Shown: piece after piece, positions 51,565 to 60,704 of the stretch
Position numbering within the stretch: the first letter of the stretch is position 1
How the letters are laid out: each line of letters opens with the position of its first letter
Assembly: GCF_028368995.1 (NCBI RefSeq)
Contig: NZ_JAQNDL010000001.1
Coordinates: 1,248,001 to 1,312,000 of the forward strand
DNA length: 64,000 nucleotides
Source: Nannocystis bainbridge
Lineage (GTDB): Bacteria > Myxococcota_A > Polyangia > Nannocystales > Nannocystaceae
Direction: 5' to 3'
Notes under the pieces: generated by a model
What the model was told of the DNA's origin: nothing
Seen by the model: only the letters and a program-made list of their open reading frames with translations
Database searches by the model: none
Position numbers and translations under genes: made by a program

Positions 51565-52674
51565 ATGACTTCGAATCCGCTTATCTCTTCTTCTTTCAAT
51601 AAACTCGATGTGTCCTTGGCGGCGCTGTTCTCGGTCTTGCTGTCAGGCTGCTATCCCCCGCTCGGTAACTGCTCGGCGACCTACGAGGACGAGATCGAGA
51701 TGACGCCCGAGGAATTCGCGGAGTTTCAGCATGGCGGCATGCCGGTCCTCGACGGTGACACGACCGCCGGGCCGACTACCTCCGCGGGGGCGACGGACGC
51801 GAGCACGACGGACGCGAGCACGACGGACGCGAGCACGACGGACGCGAGCACGACGGACGCGAGCACGACGGACACGACGGGCGGCGTCGTGCTCTCCGAC
51901 GAGGAGACCTGCCAGGTCGTCTGCCAGTCTGTGGGCGAAGAGCACGGAGCTCTGCGATCGTGCGAGGTCGCCAAGGCCCCCACCAAGGTGACGGTCACGT
52001 GCGTCTACCCGGCCTACTGCGAGGGCCGGCGGCACGCGAGCGTGGCGTCGCGGGGGCACGGGAGCGACGCCGAAGCGGCCGCGGCCTGGCTGGCGCGCGC
52101 GGCTCACGACGAGGCGGCCTCGGTTCACGCGTTCCATGCGCTCGCGCAGGAGCTGGCAGGCCTTGGCGCGCCGGCCGAGCTGCTGGCGCGCATCGATGCC
52201 GCCGCCGCGGACGAGGTCCGCCACGCCCGGGTCGTCGCCGACGCCGCGCGGGCCCGCGGCGCCGAGGTCACGCCGCCGGCCTGCGTCGCGGTGGCCGAGC
52301 GCGATCTGCTGGCGATCGCCGTCGAGAACGCGGTCGAGGGCTGCGTGCGCGAGACCTGGGCGGCGCTGTCGGCGGCCCATCAGGCCCGCTTCGCCGCCGA
52401 GCCTGCGATGCGCAGCATGTACGTCGAGATCGCCGCCGACGAGGCGCGTCACGCCGAGCTGGCGTGGGCGATCGACGCCTGGCTCATGGGACAGCTCGAT
52501 GTCGCCGGCAGAGCCGAGGTCGCAGCCGCGCGACAGGCGGCGATCGCGGAGCTGGACGCGTCGCTGCAGCGGCTCGAGGTGCCGGCGCTGCAGCGGCTCG
52601 GCGTGCCCTCGGCCGCGGTGGCCACGCGGCTATGCGCCGAGCTCGACGCGGCGCTGTGGTCGCGCGCAGCGTGA
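51565..52674 (+). CDS. Ferritin-like di-iron domain lipoprotein
   Basis: LSGC lipobox; EAASV, DEVRH, ENAVEGCVRET, DEARH. Confidence 0.85.
   Translation: MTSNPLISSSFNKLDVSLAALFSVLLSGCYPPLGNCSATYEDEIEMTPEEFAEFQHGGMPVLDGDTTAGPTTSAGATDASTTDASTTDASTTDASTTDASTTDTTGGVVLSDEETCQVVCQSVGEEHGALRSCEVAKAPTKVTVTCVYPAYCEGRRHASVASRGHGSDAEAAAAWLARAAHDEAASVHAFHALAQELAGLGAPAELLARIDAAAADEVRHARVVADAARARGAEVTPPACVAVAERDLLAIAVENAVEGCVRETWAALSAAHQARFAAEPAMRSMYVEIAADEARHAELAWAIDAWLMGQLDVAGRAEVAAARQAAIAELDASLQRLEVPALQRLGVPSAAVATRLCAELDAALWSRAA
51793..51873 (+). repeat. 15-bp coding tandem repeat (TDAST) x5
   Basis: ACGGACGCGAGCACG units. Confidence 0.9.
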
Positions 52675-53001
52675 GCGAGGCGCGTCAGCGTGCTCGTCCC
52701 GCAATCGTCGAGCGTCGAGGCGCGACCGACGACCTCGTCGCCGGTCACGCCTCACGCGGTCGCGCCGACGATCGGCGACATGGCCGAAGAGCCAGCCGCT
52801 GCCCGGCGGGTGCGCCCGCGAAGGTCCACGACGTGGATGGCCGCCGGTGAACCACCGCGGGCCCCGATCGCCCGCTCCCTGCCGGGCACGTGCGTGAGCG
52901 ACGAGGCGAATGCGCGCATGCGGGCCACGAACGCGCGGTATGGAACTGGGCGACCCTCGCGCGGATTGCCTCGAGCGTCGCGCGCATGCAACGATGCCAT
53001 C

Positions 53002-53271
53002 ATGACCAGAAAGAGCATCGGCATGAGCTTCGTCGCGGCCCTGATCTCCGGGGCCGCCTGCGGCGGCGGGATGGAAAGCCAGGCCTGCAAGGACTACTTC
53101 GCGGCCGTCGAGACTTGCGCCGCCAAAGCGCCGGCGCCGAAGGGCGACATCTTGCGCAAGATGGCCGCCACTTCGAAAGAAGGCTTCGCCAAGAACAGCA
53201 ACCCCATGGCTGTCAGCGAGAGTTGCAAGGCGATGCTCACCAGCCTTCAAGCCGATCCAGACTGCAAGTAA
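53002..53271 (+). CDS. Small Cys-containing helical lipoprotein
   Basis: MTRKSIGMSFVAALISGAAC...CKDY...C. Confidence 0.7.
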   Translation: MTRKSIGMSFVAALISGAACGGGMESQACKDYFAAVETCAAKAPAPKGDILRKMAATSKEGFAKNSNPMAVSESCKAMLTSLQADPDCK

Positions 53272-53417
53272 TTCAGCGAGCGAAGCGCGTGAGGCTCAGC
53301 GCCGGGCGGCGCCCGTGCAGCGCCCGCGCCGGCTCCGAGCGCGACTGGCACGCCCGGCGCCGCGTCATGGGCCCGCCGCGCTTGCAGCCCTGCCCGCGCC
53401 GGGTTACGAGCAACACC

Positions 53418-54302
53418 GTGCACGACCCTGTCCCCGCCATCGAAGTCGGCCCCGCCGATCGCAGCGACCGCCTCACCCTCGCGGACGGTCGCGTGCTCGC
53501 CTGGCGCGAGTGGGGCCCCGAGGCCGGCGCGCCCGTGCTGCTGTGCACGGGCGCCGGCATGAGCAGCGCGCTCGGCCTCGATCGCGCCGTCCTGGCGGAG
53601 CTCGAAGTCCGCCTCATCGCCGTCGACCGTCCCGGCCTCGGTGGCTCGAGCCCCGATCGTCGCAAGACCCTGTTCAGCGTCGCCACCGACATCGGCGCCC
53701 TGGCCGAGGCCCGCGGCCTCTCCGACCTGCGCGCGCTCGGCTTCTCGCAGGGGGGCCCGTTCGCCCTCGCGCTCGCGGCCGGCGAGGTCGTGCGCGCCGC
53801 GTCGATCGTCTCCGGCCAGGACGAGCTGGGGCACCCGGATATCTACAAACAGCTCCCGGCCGAGGTCGCGGTCATGGTCGACGCGGCCCGCACCGACCCC
53901 GCCCGCCTCGAGGCCGACATCGCCGCGATCGCCAGCGCCGAATGGCTGACGACCATGACGCGGGTGATGAGCAGCGACATCGACCGCGCCGCGTACGAGC
54001 GGCCGCCGTTCGCCGAATTTTATCGTCAGAGCCTGGTCGAAGGTTTTCAGCAGGGGCCCGCCGGCTACGCCCGCGACCTCGCCATCGCCATGGCGCCGTG
54101 GCCGTTCACCGTCGAGGACATCACCGTGCCCGTACACCTGTGGTACGGCACGCACGACATCAGCCCGGTGCATTCGCCCGACCACGGCCGCACCCTCGCT
54201 CGCCGCCTCGACGATGCTCCGCATCTGATCGATCCGGAGGCAGGCAGCGCGGTGCTCTGGACCCGCACCCGCGACATCCTCGACGCCTTGCTGGCCGAGT
54301 GA
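53418..54302 (+). CDS. Alpha/beta hydrolase
   Basis: DGRVLAWREWG, DRPGLGGS, GFSQGG nucleophile elbow. Confidence 0.9.
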   Translation: MHDPVPAIEVGPADRSDRLTLADGRVLAWREWGPEAGAPVLLCTGAGMSSALGLDRAVLAELEVRLIAVDRPGLGGSSPDRRKTLFSVATDIGALAEARGLSDLRALGFSQGGPFALALAAGEVVRAASIVSGQDELGHPDIYKQLPAEVAVMVDAARTDPARLEADIAAIASAEWLTTMTRVMSSDIDRAAYERPPFAEFYRQSLVEGFQQGPAGYARDLAIAMAPWPFTVEDITVPVHLWYGTHDISPVHSPDHGRTLARRLDDAPHLIDPEAGSAVLWTRTRDILDALLAE

Positions 54303-54470
54303 TTCCCGGGCGTCGGTGTATCGGCATCAGGTAGTACCTGGACCGAGGCCCCGGAGAATCGGGCGCTGCGAGGCGAGCCGTCGTCATGCTGCACGAGGCT
54401 TGTCGCGAGCGGGCCGTCGCGGCATGTTCCTGCGTGCTGAGCTCCGCGCTCTCGAGCTCGAGGAGGATCG

Positions 54471-56057
54471 ATGAAAAAGACGGCGAAGAAGACCGGGGCG
54501 AAGACGGAGACCACCGCGAAGGCGAAGCCCGCGAAGGCGACGGCGAAGCAGGCCGCGTCCTCCGGCGCGCGCAAGGGCTCCACCACCAGGACCGGCGCGA
54601 GCGCGAAGAAGCCCGCTGCCGCGAAGCGAGCGACCGCGAAGAAGTCGGCGAGCAAGACCGCCGCGAAGAAATCCTCCGCGAAGAAGACCGCGAGCAAGAC
54701 CGCCGCGAAGAAGACTGCGAGCAAGACCGCCGCGAAGAAAGCCTCCACCACTCGCCCCAGCAAGGCTCCTGGCGCGAAGAAGCCCGCGCCCGCGGGCAAG
54801 GCCGCCAACAAGCCCATCCCCGATTCGCCGAGTCCTGCGTCCATCAAAGCGGCCGCCGACAACGCCGCTGGCCACTGGAAGTTCATCGACGCCTGGTTCA
54901 CCGACAACGACCCGGGGACCGACTACCGCCCCGACCTGCCGGCGAAGCCGAAGGACGCCAGCGCCGCGCTCGCCCGCTGGGAGCAGGAGTTCGGCGAGAG
55001 CTTCGAGGCCTCCTTGCACGTGCATTTCGCCCGCGGCTTCGCCCATCCGGGCCGGACCTTCATGGAGTACACCTTGCTCGAGCTGCGGCTCGCGCACGAT
55101 CGCTGGCGCGGCCTCAACGAGCTCGTCGACGAGGGAGCCTTCGCGCGCGCCCGGCCGCGCGCCCTCGACAAGAACGACGACCAGATCCAGTTCGTCTGGT
55201 GGAGCCGCGGCTTCATCCCGATCGCCGAGGATGGCGGTGGCAACCTGATCTGCGCTGACATGAATCCCGGGCCCGGCGGGACCCGGGGCCAGATCATCCA
55301 GTGGGAGAAGACCGAGGGCCCGCTCGGCCCGCTCGCGGAGACCCTGGGCGTCTATATTGCCGACTACCGCCAAGCGCTCGCAGAGGGTTCGCTGGCCTAC
55401 GACGCGTACGGCACGCTCGAGCGCCGGAAGGTCCGCGCCAGGGGCACCAATTCGCAAGAGGCCCTGTTCGCCGCCGTCGAGGCCGGCGACGGGGCAGAGG
55501 TGGCGCGCCTTGTCGCGGCCGACAAGAAGCTGCTCGCCGTCCGCAACCAGTACGACGAGCCGCTGATCATCCCGGCGATCCAGCAGAAGCACACCGAGGT
55601 CGTGCGGGCCTACCTCGACGCTGGCGTCGACGCCAACACCCGCGGCCCCGGCGGCGCCATCCTCGGTTATGCCATCAGCGCCGCCTCGTCGGGCAGCGTC
55701 GCCCTGCTGCTGCAGCGCGGCGCCGTCCCGCGGGTCGACAAGCAAGGCGCGCCCGAGGGCATCATCGCCGACATGCTTTACGGTTCCAACTTCTCGGATC
55801 ACGCCCCCGAGGCCGACTACGTCGCCATGCTCGACAGCCTGCTCGCGGCGGGCGCCGATCCCAACGTCGCCTGCTACGGCGAGACGCCGCTGATGAAGGC
55901 CGCCGCGTTCGGCAGCATGACCCTCGTGAAGCGGCTGCTCGCGGCCGGCGCCCGGCCCGACATCGTCGACGACAAGGGCAAGAACGCCGCCGCCTACGCC
56001 AGATCGAAGCGTCGCAAGGAGGTCGCGGAGTTCCTCGGCGGGCTCGCGGCCCGCTGA
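54471..56057 (+). CDS. Histone H1-like tail, SMI1/KNR4 domain and ankyrin repeats
   Basis: KTAAKK repeats; WWSRGFIPIAEDGGGNLICADMNPGPGGTRGQII (KNR4); GETPLMKAA ankyrin. Confidence 0.88.
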   Translation: MKKTAKKTGAKTETTAKAKPAKATAKQAASSGARKGSTTRTGASAKKPAAAKRATAKKSASKTAAKKSSAKKTASKTAAKKTASKTAAKKASTTRPSKAPGAKKPAPAGKAANKPIPDSPSPASIKAAADNAAGHWKFIDAWFTDNDPGTDYRPDLPAKPKDASAALARWEQEFGESFEASLHVHFARGFAHPGRTFMEYTLLELRLAHDRWRGLNELVDEGAFARARPRALDKNDDQIQFVWWSRGFIPIAEDGGGNLICADMNPGPGGTRGQIIQWEKTEGPLGPLAETLGVYIADYRQALAEGSLAYDAYGTLERRKVRARGTNSQEALFAAVEAGDGAEVARLVAADKKLLAVRNQYDEPLIIPAIQQKHTEVVRAYLDAGVDANTRGPGGAILGYAISAASSGSVALLLQRGAVPRVDKQGAPEGIIADMLYGSNFSDHAPEADYVAMLDSLLAAGADPNVACYGETPLMKAAAFGSMTLVKRLLAAGARPDIVDDKGKNAAAYARSKRRKEVAEFLGGLAAR

Positions 56058-56098
56058 CTTCGTCTCACCCGCGACGACCCCGACGCCGCATTCTTAAA

Positions 56099-56165
56099 GA
56101 TGTCCCCGGGGACAGGCGGCGAAGTCGCCTCACGCAACTTCACCACATGTCCCTGAGGCCATATC
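56099..56165. repeat. Two TGTC-N6-GACA-type elements
   Basis: Perfect palindrome TGTCCCCGGGGACA at 56101-56114; CATGTCCCTGAGGCCATATC at 56146-56165. Confidence 0.65.
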
Positions 56166-56305
56166 GTCGCCTCTGCCTCGCAGCGCCTCCGACGTAGCTC
56201 TCGTCGCCCAGGGTCGCCACGGCTGCCGGCGAAGCAACCGTCCCGCCTCGCCGCGAGCGCGCGGCCGCTCGCGCCGTCGCGCCCCGATGAACCTCCCCGT
56301 CACAG

Positions 56306-57583
56306 TCAGTCCCCGCAGCAGGCCTTCCAGCAGCACGAGCCGTCGTCTTGCCCGCAGTTCTGCCCGCCGTTGGTCCAGCTGCAGTCGCACGCGTCCATCT
56401 CTTGCTGCGAGCACGAGCCGCCGCCGCCCTTGCAGGACTTCACGTCATCGAGCGGGCCGCGGTCGATGCCCGAGACTGCCACCAATTGCGGCGGGCACGG
56501 CACCTCTTGATAATGCAGGTTCGGGTTGTCGGCCGCCTCGTACCAATTCACGTACCACTCGCAGCCGGCGACCAGGTCGGCCATCCCGGGCTCGTCGAAC
56601 ACGGCCGCGCAGCGGGCCAGCACGCACTGCTTCTGCTGCGCGTGGTCCCCGCCCTGTTGCTGGCAGAACGTCATGAACCCGCCGTACGTCGCCCCGAGCT
56701 CCGCCGTGTTCACGCCCCATTGATAGGAGCACGCGTCGAACAGCCCGACCCCGCCGCCGGGCGTCAGGATGTCGAACTGACCGCCGCCGACATCGTGGCC
56801 GATGTTGGTCGCCTGCACGATCATCGTCTTGTTGGCCAGCGCCACCGACCCCGGGTCCTGCGGGTTGTAATGGCCGGTCCCGTCGAAATCGAGCTGGTAG
56901 CAGCGGCCGCAGATGTCGCCCTGCGCCGGCACGGCCGCGAAGCCGTAGGCCAGCGTGGCCGACACCGCCCACGGCGCCTCGTCGTAACAGGTGAAGGCGC
57001 TGTTGGCGGTCGGGGCCGGGCACGAGCTCGCCACGTCGTACGACGCGCCGAGGCTCTGGTTCGAGTTGCTGCAGCTCTGCAGCGGCTCGGTGGCGGGGTT
57101 GACGTTGCCCTCCCAGCCGCAGTGGGCCTTGCAGCAGTCCCAGTAGCGCGTCGCGTAGCCCTGGCACGCCGTGTCGTCGAGCGGCGGCGGATCGCCGGTC
57201 GTCTCGCTGGTGGCCGGCTCGCTCGACGCCGACGCGTTGCCGGTCGTCTCGCCGTCGCTCGTCGTGCCCGGCCCCGTCGTCCCTGGGTTCGTCGTCTCCG
57301 CGCTCGTCGTGCCCGGCCCCGTCGTCCCGGGGTTCGTCGTCTCCGTGCTCGTCGTGCCCGCGCTCGTCGTGCCCGGCCCGGTCGTGCCCGCGCTCGTCAC
57401 TCCGCCGGTCGTCGGCGGGCTGTCCGTCGTCGGCGACTCGGTGCCCGCCGTGTTGCCGCTGGCCTCGCTCGCGCTCGCGGGCGAATCGCTGCCGCCCGTC
57501 GATCCCGTGACCTCGCCGCCGCCGGAGCACGCCACCAGCCAGCCCGAGAGCAGCACCCATGCCTGATTCGTTCGCTTCGACAC
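56306..57583 (-). CDS. GH45 endoglucanase lipoprotein
   Basis: ATRYWDCCK, MIVQATN, QFDILTPGGGVGLF, ADNP; lipobox LVAC; Thr-rich linker. Confidence 0.9.
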   Translation of the reverse strand: MSKRTNQAWVLLSGWLVACSGGGEVTGSTGGSDSPASASEASGNTAGTESPTTDSPPTTGGVTSAGTTGPGTTSAGTTSTETTNPGTTGPGTTSAETTNPGTTGPGTTSDGETTGNASASSEPATSETTGDPPPLDDTACQGYATRYWDCCKAHCGWEGNVNPATEPLQSCSNSNQSLGASYDVASSCPAPTANSAFTCYDEAPWAVSATLAYGFAAVPAQGDICGRCYQLDFDGTGHYNPQDPGSVALANKTMIVQATNIGHDVGGGQFDILTPGGGVGLFDACSYQWGVNTAELGATYGGFMTFCQQQGGDHAQQKQCVLARCAAVFDEPGMADLVAGCEWYVNWYEAADNPNLHYQEVPCPPQLVAVSGIDRGPLDDVKSCKGGGGSCSQQEMDACDCSWTNGGQNCGQDDGSCCWKACCGD

Positions 57584-57812
57584 ATCGTGATTGTCGGCCA
57601 AGCCGGCGGCGAAATCACCGTTACGGCAGCCCCGATCGGCAGTTCCGTGGATGCCCCGAGCAGGGCCCGAGAGGCGATCCCCGACGACACGTGCGCCCGG
57701 GCGACCCCACCTCGGCCGCTCGCGCTCCGAATGCCCGTGCGCGGCCCTTCTCCCGGTTGCAGCGGCGCGCACGGGCGTACTTTCGCGCGCTCATCAGCGA
57801 TACCCTGAACCC

Positions 57813-58457
57813 GTGAAGATACCTGCGTGGATGTTTCTCGCCGTCCTCCCTCTCTGCGCCTGCGCTGGCATGCTCGACAAATCGGTGCGAAAGCGGGCCG
57901 CCGCCGACCTCTCGTGCGGCGCCGATACGCTGAAGATCGACAGGGTCGAGGATCGCGGCTTCAACGAGGGCCTCTATCGCGCCCAGGGTTGTGAGCGCAG
58001 CCAGCAGTACAGCTCCCGCTGCACTTTGTTCGGCTGCCGCACCCACTCCCTCGAGGAGGTCGCCGCGCACGAGGCCGAGGAGCAGGCCCGCGCCGACGCC
58101 TATCGCCAGCAACAGGCCGAGCGCCAGGCCGCCGGCGACGCCGGTAACGACGGCGGCAGCAACGGCAGCAGCAGCAGCAGCAGCGGCGACGCGGCGTCGC
58201 GGTTCGTGTCGACGCGGCTGCACAACGAGTGCCCGCGCAAGGTGCTGCTGTTCCACGGGAGCAAGCCCAAATACGGCAGCGGCCGCTCCGACTCGATCGG
58301 CTCCAACACGACCATGAGCGTCCAGGGCAACGAGGGCGACACGCTGTGGATCGTCGACGAGAAGGGCGAGGGCGTCAGCAACTTCACCTACAGCAAGTCG
58401 ATCTCGCAGGTCTTCATCACCAAGTCGTGCATGGGCTTCAGCACCAGTCGCTCCTGA
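57813..58457 (+). CDS. Hypothetical Cys-containing lipoprotein
   Basis: LCAC lipobox; RAAADLSC...YRAQGC. Confidence 0.75.
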   Translation: MKIPAWMFLAVLPLCACAGMLDKSVRKRAAADLSCGADTLKIDRVEDRGFNEGLYRAQGCERSQQYSSRCTLFGCRTHSLEEVAAHEAEEQARADAYRQQQAERQAAGDAGNDGGSNGSSSSSSGDAASRFVSTRLHNECPRKVLLFHGSKPKYGSGRSDSIGSNTTMSVQGNEGDTLWIVDEKGEGVSNFTYSKSISQVFITKSCMGFSTSRS

Positions 58458-58613
58458 CCTTTCGGCCAGGTCCGGGCGCGGCCGCGTGAATCCCTGCTGC
58501 CCGCCCGGGCACCCGCTGTCGCCCGGAGTCGACGCGGCTTCGGTCGACGCTGCCGCGTCGCCACGGATGGCGCCGGTTGGCAGCCGGCGCCCGGCTTGCT
58601 AGCGTCGCCGCCG

Positions 58614-59243
58614 ATGCACACCTCGTCTGGTCGGGTCCTCGTCGTCGGCGGCACCGGTCGCACCGGTCGCCACGTCGTTTCGCTGCTGCGCGCGACCGGC
58701 GTCCCGCTGCGCCTGCTCGTCCGCGACCGCGCGCGCGCCGAGGCCGAGCTGGGCCCCGGCCTCGAGCTCGTCGTCGGCGACGCCCTGGACCTCGACCTCG
58801 GCCCCGCCTTCGCCGGCGTCGACGCCGTCGTCAGCACCCTCGGCAGCCGCGACGTGCACGGCGGCCTGCGCACCGTCGACCTGCCCGCCACCACCCGCCT
58901 GGTCGCCGCCGCGCGCGACGCCGGCGTCGCCCGCTTCGTGCTGTGCTCGACCATCGGCGCCGTACCCACGCCCGGCATCCCGCCGCACATGCTCGAGTGG
59001 TTCGCGCCCAAGGGCGAGGCCGAGGCCGTGCTGCGCGCCAGCGGCGTGCCCTTCACCATCATCCGCCCGGGCGGCCTCCACGAGGGACCCACCGCCGACC
59101 CGCGCATGATCGACTGCGGCCACGTCGCCCGCGCCCTGGTCGCCGCGCTCACCCGCGACGACGCCCTCGGCGCCACCTTCGAGCTCAGCAACGCCCGCCT
59201 GCAGCGCCCGGACGCCGACCCGCTGCTCGGCGCGCGCGTCTGA
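58614..59243 (+). CDS. NAD(P)H-binding atypical SDR
   Basis: VVGGTGRTG, FTIIRPGGL. Confidence 0.9.
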   Translation: MHTSSGRVLVVGGTGRTGRHVVSLLRATGVPLRLLVRDRARAEAELGPGLELVVGDALDLDLGPAFAGVDAVVSTLGSRDVHGGLRTVDLPATTRLVAAARDAGVARFVLCSTIGAVPTPGIPPHMLEWFAPKGEAEAVLRASGVPFTIIRPGGLHEGPTADPRMIDCGHVARALVAALTRDDALGATFELSNARLQRPDADPLLGARV

Positions 59244-59248
59244 AGCGA

Positions 59249-59324
59249 GGTGTCTCGCGGGACATGTCCCGAAGCGCATGTCCCCCAGGACATGCCTCTA
59301 ACAACATGTCCTCTCGGGCATGCG
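59249..59324. repeat. Tandem array of ~5 14-bp TGTC-N6-GACA units
   Basis: CATG cores at 59263, 59277, 59291, 59305 and 59319; exact 14-bp period. Confidence 0.85.
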
Positions 59325-59558
59325 ATCGAGCGTCCTGCGAAGCCGGACCGACGAGCCTGCCGCGGACCTCGTGGGCGACGATCACCAGGGCTCGCCGCCG
59401 CGACCCGCTCGAACGTCAGGCCCTCCGGGCCCAGGCCATCGGCCGTCCCGGCCTCGATATCGCCGGAGAATCGTACCCGGGCTCGCTGCGGGCCCTCGTC
59501 GCGATCCGCGACTCTCGGGCTCGCTCGCCGGGGCTTGCATGCGCGAGCGACCGCGGCA

Positions 59559-60152
59559 ATGCTCGCCCGCATGGACGAGGACCTCCGCGCCGACCTCCTG
59601 CGATGGATCGCCGAGGATGACGACACGCGCGAGCGGCTGGCGCGCGACGGCAGCCTGTTCGCCGGCTACCACCCCGAGATGGAGGCGGTGCACCGCCGCA
59701 ACGCGGCGCACCTGCGCGAGGTCCTGGCGCGGGTCGGCTGGCCGGGGCGAGCGCGGGTCGGGGAGGACGGGGCGAGCGCGGCGTGGCGGATCGTGCAACA
59801 CGCGATCGGCGAGCCGGCGCTGCTGCGCGGCTGCTTGCCCCTCCTGCAGGCGGCCGCGGCCGAAGGCGAGGCCGATCCGGCCGAGGTGGCGAAGCTCGAG
59901 GACCGGATCCGCGTGTCCGAGGGCCGGCCGCAGCGCTACGGCACCCAGTACGACTGGAGCGACGACGGCACGGCGATGGTGCCGATGGTCGGGGTCGAGG
60001 CGCCGGAGTCGCTGGCGGAGCGGCGCGCAGCCGTCGGCCTGCCGCCGATGGTGTGGCGCCAGCCACCGCCGCCCGACCAGCCGCCGCCTGCGGACCCCGC
60101 GGCCCGCAAGGCCGAGATGGAGGCGTGGGCGCGCCGCGTCGGCTGGCGCTGA
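59559..60152 (+). CDS. DUF6624-like protein
   Basis: GWPG..RVGEDGASAAWRIVQH...LEDRIRV...PQRYGTQ. Confidence 0.8.
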   Translation: MLARMDEDLRADLLRWIAEDDDTRERLARDGSLFAGYHPEMEAVHRRNAAHLREVLARVGWPGRARVGEDGASAAWRIVQHAIGEPALLRGCLPLLQAAAAEGEADPAEVAKLEDRIRVSEGRPQRYGTQYDWSDDGTAMVPMVGVEAPESLAERRAAVGLPPMVWRQPPPPDQPPPADPAARKAEMEAWARRVGWR

Positions 60153-60190
60153 GGACATGTCCTCGAAGACATGTCCCTCAGGGACATGGA
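60151..60190. repeat. Array of GACATGTC units (14/15-bp period)
   Basis: GAGGACATGTCCTCGAAGACATGTCCCTCAGGGACATGGA. Confidence 0.8.
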
Positions 60191-60257
60191 CACAGGCCCA
60201 GACGCCCGCCTGGTCGCTCGCGCTTGAGCGACTGCACGCGGCCCGGCGCCCTGGGCG

Positions 60258-60671
60258 CTAGCGCTTGAGCGACGCGTGGTCGTGGCCGGGCAGCGTCGCC
60301 GTCGTCGACGGCCCGCCGCCGGCGGCCCACCCGCCGTCGCCGTTGCCGCCGCTCCAGCCGCCGACCTGGTCGAGCAGGCGCGTATAGCCGAGGCCCTCGA
60401 GCACCGCCGCCGCGCGGGCCGAGCGGCCGCCTGCCTTGCACGACACCAGGATCTCCTGGTCCTTATTATTAAAATGGGCCTGGACCTCGGCGGCGAAGTC
60501 CGGGTTCGGCACCATCCCGCCGGCGCCCATGTGCATCAGCGGGATGTTGTAGGCGTTCGGCGCGTGGCCGGCCTCGAACTCGGGGATGCTGCGGACATCG
60601 ATGTGCACGAGGTCGCCCGAGGACGCGACCTTGGCGATCGCTTCGGGCGTGCTGAGGCGCTGGATCGGCAT
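60258..60671 (-). CDS. Rhodanese-like domain protein
   Basis: IDVRSIPEFEAGH, CKAGGRS. Confidence 0.92.
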   Translation of the reverse strand: MPIQRLSTPEAIAKVASSGDLVHIDVRSIPEFEAGHAPNAYNIPLMHMGAGGMVPNPDFAAEVQAHFNNKDQEILVSCKAGGRSARAAAVLEGLGYTRLLDQVGGWSGGNGDGGWAAGGGPSTTATLPGHDHASLKR

Positions 60672-60704
60672 GTCCGACCTTCGTAGCCCGGCCGGGCCGC
60701 GCCT

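Noticed and set aside
53346-53361. TGGCAC-containing sigma54-like site before the hydrolase
   Set aside because: The -12 element (GCGC) is too weak to call in GC-rich DNA
59249-59324. Possible mini-CRISPR
   Set aside because: A 14-bp period is far too short for repeat-spacer units and no cas genes are seen; kept as a palindrome array
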